Positions 18,868 through 28,148 of a stretch of DNA of 64,000 nucleotides are shown here, piece after piece. Origin of the DNA: Alphaproteobacteria bacterium. GTDB taxonomy: Bacteria > Pseudomonadota > Alphaproteobacteria > Rhizobiales > NORP267. The DNA is taken from assembly GCA_028599125.1 (NCBI GenBank), contig JAQRMX010000013.1, positions 245 through 64,244 on the forward strand. The letters run 5' to 3'. The notes below the pieces were generated by a model. The model saw only the letters and a program-made list of their open reading frames with translations. It did no database searches and was not told the DNA's origin. Position numbers and translations under genes: made by a program. Positions within the stretch are counted from its first letter, which is position 1. Each line of letters starts with the position of its first letter.

Positions 18868-18941
18868 GCGGGTATGGTGAAAGGGTATCATGAGAGCTTC
18901 CCAAGCTCTATTTACGGGTTCGAATCCCGTTACCCGCTCCA
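18868..18941 (+). tRNA. tRNA-Gly (anticodon CCC)
   Basis: 74 nt. Acceptor GCGGGTA/TACCCGC. Anticodon stem AGAGC/GCTCT with loop TTCCCAA. T arm ACGGGTTCGAATCCCGT. CCA is encoded. The track ORF 18835-19134 (-) overlaps it and is spurious. Confidence 0.9.
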
Positions 18942-19389
18942 TTTTATGATTTTGGGATAAAAGAAGTTTGTTTTTGTTATTTTTTACTTTTTTTCCTCTC
19001 TCTTTTCTTTGACTTTTTCTGCCAGATTTCGTTGGAAGGCCATGGAAAAATATTAGAGGCAGGGAAGTGCGGAGGTACAAGATATTTCTTCTCATATGGG
19101 GATGAGGCGGGTACGCGTTGTGTTTTGTTGCCAATTGTTCTACGAAAGGCTGTATAGAAAGTTTTACACAAGAGTCTGATAAAGAGTGCGGAGAAACTTT
19201 GTCTTGTTTCTCCCTTTAAGAGGAGGGCGTTTGATTGAAGGGATGATTTGACAGAAAATGAAGAAGCTTGTCTGCAATCTTTTCCTCCGGGTTGGTTTTT
19301 GCTTTCTTCATTTCTTCTAAAGTTGCCATAAGTATTCTACATTCTCTGTAATTATTAAATTCCCTATAAGTATAAGGAAGATATGTGAA

Positions 19390-20178
19390 ATGAAATATCT
19401 TAAAAGTCGTAATGTGGTTCGCTATACGACATTATCAAGTATTTGTGCCCTTGTTCTGGGCTGTTCTCCTTCTCCGACACAGACAAATTATTATTACAGG
19501 CCGAACACAATTGTTCAGCAGAAGGTAAATGATTTTCTGGATTGTCAGCTGGAAGGTGTCCAGTCTGTTCCTTCTAATCAGGAATTTGTGAGCAGGGATG
19601 GCTATAAAACACCAACAACCTGTCAGCGTGATGCATCTGGAAATACGTTTTGCACTGGAGGAAATACGGTTGGCGGGGGTGTTTCCTCCTTTGACAATAA
19701 TGCTCTTCTTCGGTCTCGTACTGAAAGGCGTTGTATGCAGAGGAGAGGTTACATCCTCAGCCAGGCTTACGTCAGGCCATGTGGCTCAGGCGAAGTGCCG
19801 ATTGGGTATGCTTACCCCTATCAGAAGGTTCTTTCCCCTTCCCCGGATAGTTGTTTTGTCCGCTATGAGGGTGTAAAGATTCTTTACCGTCCGCCTTACG
19901 CTCCGCCTTATCCTCCTGCCGGTGCCTATACACCTGGTGTTCCCGCCGGTGCCTATACGCCTGGTGTTCCCGCCGGTGCCTATACGCCTGGTGTTCCCGC
20001 CGGTGCCTATACGCCTGGTGTTCCTGCCGGTGCCTATACGCCCGGTGTTCCCGCCGGTGCCTATACGCCCGGTGTTCCCGCCGGTGCTTATACACCCGGT
20101 GTTCCCGCCGGTGCTTATACACCTGGTGTTCCTGCCGGTGCTTATATGCCTGGTGTTCCTGCTGGGATGGAGAGGTAG
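19390..20178 (+). CDS. putative lipoprotein with a Cys-rich N-domain and a C-terminal PAGAYTPGV tandem-repeat tail (no family recognised)
   Basis: Signal peptide plus lipobox (SSICALVLG|CSPSP). Eight Cys residues follow the lipobox Cys in the approximately 150-aa N-domain. Then PPYAPPYPP and nine 9-aa repeats. An intrinsic terminator lies 55 nt downstream. Confidence 0.7.
   Translation: MKYLKSRNVVRYTTLSSICALVLGCSPSPTQTNYYYRPNTIVQQKVNDFLDCQLEGVQSVPSNQEFVSRDGYKTPTTCQRDASGNTFCTGGNTVGGGVSSFDNNALLRSRTERRCMQRRGYILSQAYVRPCGSGEVPIGYAYPYQKVLSPSPDSCFVRYEGVKILYRPPYAPPYPPAGAYTPGVPAGAYTPGVPAGAYTPGVPAGAYTPGVPAGAYTPGVPAGAYTPGVPAGAYTPGVPAGAYTPGVPAGAYMPGVPAGMER
19915..20166 (+). repeat. 27-bp tandem repeat, 9 full units plus a partial tenth (in frame, encodes PAGAYTPGV)
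   Basis: Units were read individually. All inter-unit differences are third-position synonymous changes (CCT/CCC, GCC/GCT, ACA/ACG), except ACA to ATG (T to M) in unit 9. Confidence 0.97.
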
Positions 20179-20233
20179 GCTTTTCTTTCGGGAATGTTTC
20201 CCTGAAGTCCTGCTTTGCAGTTTTGATTTGCTC

Positions 20234-20267
20234 CCCTGCACCGTATTTTCGGTGCAGGGTTTTTTTT
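20234..20267 (+). terminator. rho-independent terminator of the lipoprotein gene
   Basis: 10-bp perfect stem CCCTGCACCG/CGGTGCAGGG, 6-nt loop TATTTT, followed by T8. Confidence 0.85.
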
Positions 20268-20416
20268 GAGATTTTTTCCTTCTGCGTGCGTTTAGCAGAG
20301 TGCACATATGTAGTATGTAGTGGATGGTTAGGTTTTTTTGTGCCGGCGCTATCTCCGGAGTGTTCCTTTATCAGGGTAGTGAGTATTGCGTATGTGGTTA
20401 ATTAAGGTCCTGTTGT

Positions 20417-20881
20417 TTATTTATCGGACAATAATCTATCAATTGTTTCCTGCGTTAGGGCTTTGCCTTTGCTTTGGGGGCCACTGAGAGGAAGTTTTTT
20501 TGAAGAAAGGGCGTTTTCTTCTCTTAGTTTCATTTTATTTTCGGGGGTCATCGGAGTGGAAAGGTCTGTTTCAGGACAACAATTGATGTACTGCCTGATT
20601 TTTTCAAAAATACTGTTCATTTGGTCTAGATGCTGGCCTGTGAGGTCATGAAAGGAACAGGCTGTAAGAATTCTATTCATATTATCGTTGATGATGGAAG
20701 GGTCTATCTTGTCTTTTTTTTCCAAAGCAGCTCTGATGGCTTCTGAGCTTTCTATGATGACGTTTGCGCTTTCTTCATTTATTGTATTGACAGCTTCAAG
20801 TTGTTTTTTTGCCATTATCAGGCAAGCTCTGATACGTTCATTTTTATCTTCCTTTTCGTAACTGCTTAGATTTTTTTCCAT
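20417..20881 (-). CDS. CheZ-like CheY-P phosphatase (short, divergent)
   Basis: SFHDLTGQHL matches the CheZ active-site block (E. coli DFQDLTGQ, with catalytic D143 and Q147). The C-terminal QETIDRLLSDK resembles the CheZ CheY-binding peptide. It lies 250 bp downstream of cheY on the same strand. Confidence 0.6.
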   Translation of the reverse strand: MEKNLSSYEKEDKNERIRACLIMAKKQLEAVNTINEESANVIIESSEAIRAALEKKDKIDPSIINDNMNRILTACSFHDLTGQHLDQMNSIFEKIRQYINCCPETDLSTPMTPENKMKLREENALSSKKLPLSGPQSKGKALTQETIDRLLSDK

Positions 20882-21075
20882 CTGCTTATACTGTCTGATA
20901 AGTTTTCTCCGGGAAATCCATGGGGTATTTTTCCTGTGAAAGTGCTAGAACCACCGGAACAAGATATTGCTTTTATCTGATCAAAGCGAAAGTTTCTTTA
21001 TGGGAGAATCAGATTTTTCTCTCTAGTCTTCTGTTTTCTGCCTGCTCGTTGTGACATTTCCTTTTCCAGGACATT

Positions 21076-21097
21076 TCTTTGGCCAGTCTTTGGCCAG
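21076..21097. repeat. perfect tandem duplication, 11 bp x2 (TCTTTGGCCAG)
   Basis: Read directly from the sequence. Lies in the cheY / cheZ-like spacer. Confidence 0.9.
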
Positions 21098-21132
21098 GAG
21101 AGCCTTTTGTCCAAGAACGCTCTTGTAAAGAG

Positions 21133-21513
21133 TTAGCTTATCGCCGCCTCAATTTTACTTTTCAGAGTCTGTGCGTTGAAGGGTTTGACGAGATAGTTAT
21201 TAACCCCGGCTTTTTTCGCGGCGATAACATTTTCCATTTTCGACTCTGCTGTTACGAGAATGAAAGGTGTTTTGGACAGTTCTTCATCTGCCCGAATTTT
21301 TTTCAGTAACTCGTAGCCTGTCATGGGTTGCATGTTCCAATCCGAAATGATGAGCCCGAATCTGGTCTCTTTTGCCTTGGATAGAGCATCTTCGCCATTT
21401 GCGGCGTCATGAAGATCTGTGAATCCTATCTGTTTAAGCAGGTTATTCATGATACGAATCATCGTTTTGTAGTCATCAACAACGAGGATCGGGATAGAAA
21501 AATTAAGAGCCAT
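21133..21513 (-). CDS. cheY: single-domain response regulator CheY
   Basis: MALNFSIPILVVDDYKTMIRI...ISDWNMQPMTGYELLKKIRA...ILVTAESKMENVIAAKKAGVNNYLVKPF carries the full CheY signature (DD, D in DWNM, T, K). The track ORF extends to 21564. ATG 21513 gives the canonical length of 126 aa. Confidence 0.88.
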   Translation of the reverse strand: MALNFSIPILVVDDYKTMIRIMNNLLKQIGFTDLHDAANGEDALSKAKETRFGLIISDWNMQPMTGYELLKKIRADEELSKTPFILVTAESKMENVIAAKKAGVNNYLVKPFNAQTLKSKIEAAIS

Positions 21514-21898
21514 GACGTATTCAATCATCTTTCTACTATCGAAACGGAAAAACAGACGACACAAGAAAACAGAGACCTATTTTTTACTTTTACCACAAAA
21601 TTAATTAAATTTGTCTCCTCCTTTTCTTTTTCAAGCCCTGTTTTCTTCACAAGAGGAGTGTTTATTGTTTTGTTGTTTTTTCTATGTTCCCTGTCCTTTT
21701 TTCTTTTTCTTTCACTTTTTTCTCGTTTTGACAGAGGAATTCATTCTATCATTTTTTCCTGTTTTATGACTTCGTTTTCTCCTTATCAGGATCTTCTTTT
21801 TGATTTTGTAAGAAATCAGGTCTATTCACTTTTTGGTTTTATTTGTCTTTATTCACAAAGGTTTTTTGACCTGGGTAACCCTGCGGATTGTGGTTATT

Positions 21899-22882
21899 AT
21901 GTTGATTCTTGGCCCTGAAGATTCTGTTCCCGCTTCCTGTTTCGGAGGGATTTTAGCTCTTGGTAATTTTGACGGTGTACATCGCGGTCATCAGGCAATT
22001 TTTTCATGCGCCAGGGAGATAGGAGATAAGTCTGGGGTTCCTGTGGGTGTTGTTGTTTTTGTACCGCATCCGCATTTCTTTTTTCGGCCACAGGTTCCTT
22101 TTTTTCTTCTGACGCCCGATGAGATAAAGTTTGAGCGTCTCGCAGCTTGCGGTCTTGATTTTGTGTTTTGTCTGCGGTTTGACTCAAAGCTTGCGGGTCT
22201 GGGTGCGGAAATGTTCATCGCCCGTGTCTTGATTGCGCAACTGAAGGCGTCTCACCTGATTGTGGGGTCTAACTTTCGTTTCGGGAAGAACCGCAGTGGA
22301 GATCCATCTTTCCTGGAGATGATTGCTGCCAGGTTCGATGTGGATGTCACGATTATTGCTCCAGTATCGGAGGGTGAGGATGTTTGTTCATCAAGCAAAA
22401 TCCGTTCTCTTCTCTCTTCAGGCCGGGTTGCCTTTGCTTCACGGGCTTTAGGGTATGATTGGTTTGTCCGTGGTCATGTTGTAGAAGGGGCGCGTTTGGG
22501 CCGTGCTCTTGGATTCCCAACAGCAAATATGCGTTTGCCTTCTGATGTTACCCTTGCTTACGGTGTTTATGCAGCTCGTGTTTTCCGGAACGTCAATGGC
22601 ATGCCGATCCGTCATGACGCTGTTGTGAGTTTTGGTATAAGACCAACTTTTGGGGGTGAGCAGCCTTTTCTGGAGAGTCATTTGTTTGATTTTTCAGGAG
22701 ATCTTTACAATGAAGTCATTCAGGTTTGTTTTGTTGATTTCATCCGTTCGGAACGCTTTTTTAAGAATCGTGAATTACTGATTAATCAGATGGGGAATGA
22801 TTGCCTTATTGCCCGCCGCATCCTGGAATGCAAGGGAGAAAGTTCTCCGTTATTTTGCGGGATTGCGATGCAGGATTCCTGA
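21899..22882 (+). CDS. ribF: bifunctional riboflavin kinase / FMN adenylyltransferase
   Basis: LALGNFDGVHRGHQ nucleotidyltransferase motif and a C-terminal riboflavin-kinase domain (GFPTANM...SHLFDFSGDLY). The track start 21833 is probably an over-extension. Confidence 0.9.
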   Translation: MLILGPEDSVPASCFGGILALGNFDGVHRGHQAIFSCAREIGDKSGVPVGVVVFVPHPHFFFRPQVPFFLLTPDEIKFERLAACGLDFVFCLRFDSKLAGLGAEMFIARVLIAQLKASHLIVGSNFRFGKNRSGDPSFLEMIAARFDVDVTIIAPVSEGEDVCSSSKIRSLLSSGRVAFASRALGYDWFVRGHVVEGARLGRALGFPTANMRLPSDVTLAYGVYAARVFRNVNGMPIRHDAVVSFGIRPTFGGEQPFLESHLFDFSGDLYNEVIQVCFVDFIRSERFFKNRELLINQMGNDCLIARRILECKGESSPLFCGIAMQDS

Positions 22883-23012
22883 AATATGGTAGTGGCTTAT
22901 GGTTGCTTTCATTGCTACAAGTGCTTATCGGGTTTATTTTGGAATAGAATTGAGAATAGTGAGCAGTGCATCTTGAACAGTGTCTTTTAAAGTTGAGAGG
23001 ATCCGGGCCATC

Positions 23013-25898
23013 ATGACCCAGAAAGACTATACTGATACGCTTCTTTTATCTTCTACTGATTTTCCGATGCGCGGGAATTTACCTCGGAATGAACCATTGA
23101 TTCTGGAGCGCTGGGCGCAGATAGATCTTTATGAGCGTTGTCGTGAACAGGCCAAAGGATGTGAGCTTTATGTTCTTCATGACGGGCCTCCTTATGCGAA
23201 CGGTAATTTGCATATTGGTCATGCCTTGAACAAAGTTTTAAAGGATATCGTTTCTCGTTCGATGCAGATGGTTGGCTATGATGTTCACTATGTTCCTGGC
23301 TGGGATTGCCATGGGCTTCCTATTGAATGGAAAGTTGAGGAAGGTTACAGGCAGTCCGGCCGGATGAAGGACGACGTCGAGATTAGTGAATTTCGTAGTG
23401 AATGTCGTAATTTCGCCTTGCATTGGTTAAACATTCAGCGTTCTGCGTTCAAGCGGCTTGGGGTCGGTGCTGCCTGGGAAGATCCGTATATGACGATGAG
23501 CTATGCGGCAGAAGCGCAAATTGCTCGTGAGCTGATGAAATTTGCTGTTGCCGGACAGCTTTATCAGGGCCTGAAACCTGTTTTCTGGTCTGTAGTGGAA
23601 CAAACAGCACTTGCGGAAGCGGAGGTGGAATATCTGGATCATGAGACTGATGTAATATGGGTTTCTTTTCCGGTTCTCAATGGTGGAGATGATTTTTTGA
23701 ATGTGTGTGTTGTCATCTGGACCACTACGCCATGGACCATTCCTTGCAATCGTGCCATTTGTTTTTCGCTCGGGGTTCACTATGGGTTGTACCGGATCAG
23801 GGATGTTTCTGCGGAGAGCAAGGTGTCTCCCGGTGCATCCTTTATTGTTGCTGACGATTTAGTCTCAGATGTAATGCATCGGGCGCTTGTTTTGGATTAT
23901 GACCGAGAAAGAGAGGTTTCGCCGGATCTGTTAAGCGAGTTGATCTGCGCTCATCCGCTACGCGGTAAGGGCTATGATTTTGTTGTTCCCTTGCTTCCCG
24001 GGGCCCATGTTACAGCAGATATGGGGACTGGTTTTGTGCATACGGCTCCCGGTCACGGGCCGGATGATTTTGATATTTGGAGAGCCAATAAAGGAAATCT
24101 TGAGGAACGAAAAATTGAAACAGTCATTCTGGAGACTGTGGATGCGGATGGTTTTTTTACGAACGCCGTTCCGGGTTTTTCTGGTAGACGGATCATCACT
24201 GACACAGGCGGGAAGGGTGATGCCGATGATGCGGTTATTGAGGCGTTGCAAGCTGTTGGTGCCCTTGTTGCATCTGATCATTTGAAACATAAATACCCTC
24301 ATTCATGGCGCTCACGCAAGCCGGTTATTTTCCGTAGCTTCCCGCAATGGTTCATCCCTTTGGACCGAATTTTCAAGGAGGATGGTCTGACGCTGCGTGA
24401 GCGTGCACTCAGGGCTATAGATGAGGTTCGTTTTGTTCCCGGCAATAGTTATAACCGGTTACATAAGATGCTTGAACATCGCCCTGACTGGTTGATTTCA
24501 CGTCAACGTGTGTGGGGCGTGCCTCTGACGATTTTTGTTAACTCGACGACGGGCGATGTGCTTGTGGATCCTGATGTTAACAATCGTATTGCGACAATTT
24601 TTGAAGAAGAAGGTTCAGATTCCTGGTTTGCGGAAGGAGCGGCCGCGCGGTTTTTGGGACCGGGCTACTGCCCGGGGGAGTGGAAAAAAATTGATGATAT
24701 CCTTGATGTCTGGTTTGATTCCGGATCCACGCATGCCTTTGTACTGGAAGATCGCCCTGATCTGAAGTGGCCGGCTGATCTTTATCTGGAGGGTTCGGAT
24801 CAGCATCGCGGCTGGTTTCAGTCTTCTCTTCTGGAAAGTTGCGGTACGCGCGGTCGTCCGCCCTTCAAGGCAGTTTTAACGCATGGGTTCGTTTTATCAG
24901 GAGACGGTCGAAAAATGTCCAAGTCTCTTGGGAATCAAGTTTTTCCGCAGGAGGTTATTGACCAATCTGGTGCAGACATCCTGCGCCTGTGGGTGATGAG
25001 TGTTGATTATACAGACGATATTCGTATCAGCCCGGATATCCTGAAATCTGTTTCCGATATTTATCGCCGATTGCGCAATACGGTTCGTTTTCTTTTGCGT
25101 AATTTATCTGGTTTTTCTGATATTGAATCTTTATCGGTCGGAGAGATGCCGAATCTGGAATGTTGGATTTTGCACCGCTTGTGGGAGCTTGATGATCTCG
25201 TGCGGGAGGGGTATCATGATTTTGCCTATCAGCGTTTATTTTCTGCGTTATCGAATTTTGCGACAGTTGATCTTTCGGCTACATATTTTGACATCCGTAA
25301 AGACGTTCTTTATTGCGAAAGCGCATCCAGCGTGCGGCGGCGTGCTTGTCGGACTGTTCTTGATCACATTTTCCGTTGTTTAACGACCTGGATGTCTCCT
25401 GTATTATGTTTCACCATGGATGAAGCGTGGAGGTCCCGGTTCCCTGGAGAGGATAGCAGCGTTCATTTGCAGCGATTTCCTGATATTCCTTCTGTTTGGT
25501 GTAATGAGAAACTGGATAGGGATTTTTGTAATGTTCGCCGTCTGCGTCGTCTTGTAAATGCGTCTATAGAAAAGGAGCGTTCGGCAGGAGTCATTGGTTC
25601 TAGCCTTGAGTCTTTTGTTGTTTTGTATGTAAGTGATCCAGAGCTGCTCGCTTCTATGTCCCTTTTTGATATGAGAGAGCTGTGTCTTTCGTCATATTTA
25701 GATGTTCGTCCATTGGAAGAGGCGCCTGCCGCTGCATTCAGGCTGACCGAAGAGGTTGCCCATGCCGCAGTTATTGTGAGGAAAGCAGATGGAAAAAAAT
25801 GTGCGCGCTGTTGGATGATTTTACCAGAGGTCGGCTCTTTGAGAGGCTATGAAGATATCTGTCGGCGGTGTGTTTCTGTTTTGGGTGAGGTGGCATGA
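23013..25898 (+). CDS. ileS: isoleucine--tRNA ligase
   Basis: HIGH motif (GNLHIGHALNK), KMSKS (GRKMSKSLGN) and a C-terminal Zn ribbon (CARCW...CRRC). ATG 23013 is preferred over the track start 22980. Confidence 0.95.
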   Translation: MTQKDYTDTLLLSSTDFPMRGNLPRNEPLILERWAQIDLYERCREQAKGCELYVLHDGPPYANGNLHIGHALNKVLKDIVSRSMQMVGYDVHYVPGWDCHGLPIEWKVEEGYRQSGRMKDDVEISEFRSECRNFALHWLNIQRSAFKRLGVGAAWEDPYMTMSYAAEAQIARELMKFAVAGQLYQGLKPVFWSVVEQTALAEAEVEYLDHETDVIWVSFPVLNGGDDFLNVCVVIWTTTPWTIPCNRAICFSLGVHYGLYRIRDVSAESKVSPGASFIVADDLVSDVMHRALVLDYDREREVSPDLLSELICAHPLRGKGYDFVVPLLPGAHVTADMGTGFVHTAPGHGPDDFDIWRANKGNLEERKIETVILETVDADGFFTNAVPGFSGRRIITDTGGKGDADDAVIEALQAVGALVASDHLKHKYPHSWRSRKPVIFRSFPQWFIPLDRIFKEDGLTLRERALRAIDEVRFVPGNSYNRLHKMLEHRPDWLISRQRVWGVPLTIFVNSTTGDVLVDPDVNNRIATIFEEEGSDSWFAEGAAARFLGPGYCPGEWKKIDDILDVWFDSGSTHAFVLEDRPDLKWPADLYLEGSDQHRGWFQSSLLESCGTRGRPPFKAVLTHGFVLSGDGRKMSKSLGNQVFPQEVIDQSGADILRLWVMSVDYTDDIRISPDILKSVSDIYRRLRNTVRFLLRNLSGFSDIESLSVGEMPNLECWILHRLWELDDLVREGYHDFAYQRLFSALSNFATVDLSATYFDIRKDVLYCESASSVRRRACRTVLDHIFRCLTTWMSPVLCFTMDEAWRSRFPGEDSSVHLQRFPDIPSVWCNEKLDRDFCNVRRLRRLVNASIEKERSAGVIGSSLESFVVLYVSDPELLASMSLFDMRELCLSSYLDVRPLEEAPAAAFRLTEEVAHAAVIVRKADGKKCARCWMILPEVGSLRGYEDICRRCVSVLGEVA

Positions 25899-26500
25899 CC
25901 CTTATATCACGGATGCGGTTTCTTGGTCTTCTGGTGGCGGCCTTAAGTTTTTTCGCAGACCAGTTGTTGAAATGGTATCTTCTTGGTCCTTTTGGCTTGA
26001 TGGAGAGGGGTCGTTTCAGGATTACATTTTTTTTTGATCTGCTTCCTATCTTTAACCAGGGTGTTTCTTACGGCTTATTTCCGCAGGAGGGTATGGGACG
26101 TTGGGTTTTATTCTGTATTGCGGTAGTTCTTCTTCTTGGGCTTTTTTATTTGCTTTTGAATGTATATGACTCGTTTTGTGCTATTGGTCTTGGCCTGATC
26201 ATCGGAGGGGGGATCGGGAATGCGTTTGATCGCTGGTTTTACGGTGCGGTTTTTGATTTTATTTTCCTGCATATCGGAGATTTCAGGTGGTTTGTTTTTA
26301 ACCTTGCTGATTGCTCTATAATGCTTGGAATAGGTCTTGTTTCATGTTATTTCGTATTTCGTTCCTCTGAGGGGGGGACGATTTTCGGTGCGAAAAATGT
26401 TGATGACTGTCCGTTTCGTGCCGTGGAGGAGGATATTTCGGTGGTAACTACGTCCTTAGGGCCCGAAATATCGGGGGATGATGATGTATGTAAGAGTTGA
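25895..26500 (+). CDS. lspA: lipoprotein signal peptidase (SPase II)
   Basis: NQGVSYGLF, GGGIGNAFDR and FVFNLAD blocks. ATGA overlap with the ileS stop. About 35 aa of C-terminal extension. Confidence 0.9.
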   Translation: MTLISRMRFLGLLVAALSFFADQLLKWYLLGPFGLMERGRFRITFFFDLLPIFNQGVSYGLFPQEGMGRWVLFCIAVVLLLGLFYLLLNVYDSFCAIGLGLIIGGGIGNAFDRWFYGAVFDFIFLHIGDFRWFVFNLADCSIMLGIGLVSCYFVFRSSEGGTIFGAKNVDDCPFRAVEEDISVVTTSLGPEISGDDDVCKS

Positions 26501-26690
26501 TCGGCGTTTTTATGCGCATGGGCCTTTGCGCTTTGTATGGCAAGAGAGAAAAAAGGTAGGTTTTTGCGCTCTTGTCTGTTTCTATTTCAGGTTTCAGAAT
26601 GTTTGTTTTGATTTCATAGCTTTTTCCTTGCAAGAGACTTTTGAGTTTTTTATTTCTCTTTTTCGTTTTTCTGTCAGGAGTCTGAGACTT

Positions 26691-28148
26691 TTGTATATAT
26701 TTCTTTTTTTTGCCTCTTTGCATCCGCGTCTTCTTGTTTTTTTCTTCTTTACAATATTTTTTTCCTGTTTTTATGGTCTTGCCGCAGCGGAAGATCGCTT
26801 TGCTCCTGATACGAGACTTTTCACCCTGAAAAATGGGATGTCAGTTGTTGTTATCCCGGACCATCGCGTGCCTGTTGTAACGCATATGATCTGGTACAAG
26901 CTTGGTTCTACAGATGAGCCCATGGGAAAGAGCGGGATTGCGCATTTTCTTGAACATCTTCTCTTCAAGGGAACGGATAGCAATCCTGGTGATGTTTTTT
27001 CGCAGTTTATATCTAAGCATGGTGGCTATCACAATGCTTTCACTTCTTTTGATTTTACGGCCTATTATCAGCGCGTTCCCAAAAAACATCTTCCGCGGCT
27101 CATGGAGCTCGAAGCTGATCGGATGGTTAATCTTTCCTTGAGTAAAGAACAGGTTGCCGTGGAACGTAATGTCGTGTTGGAAGAGCGGCGCCAAATGATA
27201 GAAAACAACCCTCATGCCCGTCTTCAGGAAGAGATGAATGCTGTTCTCTACCGGGTTCATCCCTATGGCCGGCCTGTTATTGGTTGGAAACATGAGATAA
27301 ATGCGCTGAACTATGAGGATGCATTTAACATTTATAAGCGTTTTTATAGGCCTGATAACGCTGTATTGCTGGTTATGGGTGATGTTGAGTTTGATGAAGT
27401 TTATGAATTAGCGCAATTACATTATGGTAAGCTTGCACGTCGTGATACGAATGTGCCTAGGGTGAGGCGCTTTCTTGTTGAACCGCCACAACGGAGTCTC
27501 CGGAAAGTAAAGATTCTGGATAAGAATGTGAGTCAGCCGATTTTTAGACGCCAATATGATGTTCCCTCTTACGTTACAAAAGGCTGGAAAACAGGCGTTT
27601 CACTTGACGTTCTTGCAAATATACTTATGGCCCGTCCAATGGGTAGGCTTCACAAGGGACTGGTTCTGGATCGCAAAATTGCGTCCAAGGTTCATGTTTC
27701 ATACCATGGAACCCGCATTGAAAGTGGGGTTTTCGTGATTGAAGTGCTTCTGAATGAGGGGGCTATTTTTTCTGATATTGAGGAAGAGATTGAGCATCAG
27801 TTTGCGCGCCTTGCTAAAGAGGGTGTTACAGAAAATGAGATGAGGTTTGCACGGAATCAGGCGCTGGCTATGGTTGTTTATCTACAGGATGACCCGAGTG
27901 CGTTGGCGAATTTTTTTGCGGAGGCCCTGATGACCGGTCTAACTCTCCAAGGGGTTCAGGCGTGGCCGAGGCATATCGTTGAACTTAAGGCGAGTGATGT
28001 ACGTGATGCTGTTTCATTTTTACGTCCTGAATCCTCAGTGACGGGCTTTCTTTTGTCTTCGAAAATTGACAGTGAGATGCTCAAGATAAAGAAGAATCGT
28101 TCAGCGGAAGACTGGAGAGATGATCGGCAGAAGAAGGATGGGCAATGA
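26691..28148 (+). CDS. M16-family zinc peptidase (active-type, secreted)
   Basis: HFLEHLLFKG is the HxxEH inverted zinc motif. There is an N-terminal signal-like segment. I prefer TTG 26691, with AGGAG 10 nt upstream. The track start 26478 would overlap lspA and add a non-homologous 71 aa. Confidence 0.8.
   Translation: MYIFLFFASLHPRLLVFFFFTIFFSCFYGLAAAEDRFAPDTRLFTLKNGMSVVVIPDHRVPVVTHMIWYKLGSTDEPMGKSGIAHFLEHLLFKGTDSNPGDVFSQFISKHGGYHNAFTSFDFTAYYQRVPKKHLPRLMELEADRMVNLSLSKEQVAVERNVVLEERRQMIENNPHARLQEEMNAVLYRVHPYGRPVIGWKHEINALNYEDAFNIYKRFYRPDNAVLLVMGDVEFDEVYELAQLHYGKLARRDTNVPRVRRFLVEPPQRSLRKVKILDKNVSQPIFRRQYDVPSYVTKGWKTGVSLDVLANILMARPMGRLHKGLVLDRKIASKVHVSYHGTRIESGVFVIEVLLNEGAIFSDIEEEIEHQFARLAKEGVTENEMRFARNQALAMVVYLQDDPSALANFFAEALMTGLTLQGVQAWPRHIVELKASDVRDAVSFLRPESSVTGFLLSSKIDSEMLKIKKNRSAEDWRDDRQKKDGQ

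Noticed and set aside
18835-19171. Track ORFs 18835-19134 (-) and 18977-19171 (-)
   Set aside because: The first overlaps tRNA-Gly. Both are K/R-rich antisense readings of T-rich spacer DNA with no recognisable motif.
19772-20307. Track ORFs 19772-20305 (-), 19786-20307 (-) and 19922-20269 (+), 115-177 aa with repetitive H/R/T/G or P/V/F-rich products
   Set aside because: They are alternative-frame or antisense readings of the 27-bp repeat array, which lacks stops in several frames. The lipoprotein frame has the signal peptide, the N-domain and the terminator.
26478-26690. N-terminal 71-codon extension of the first M16 peptidase ORF, which overlaps the lspA 3' end
   Set aside because: The extension is low-complexity and precedes the signal peptide. 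TTG 26691 has an AGGAG at good spacing. The start choice remains unverified.
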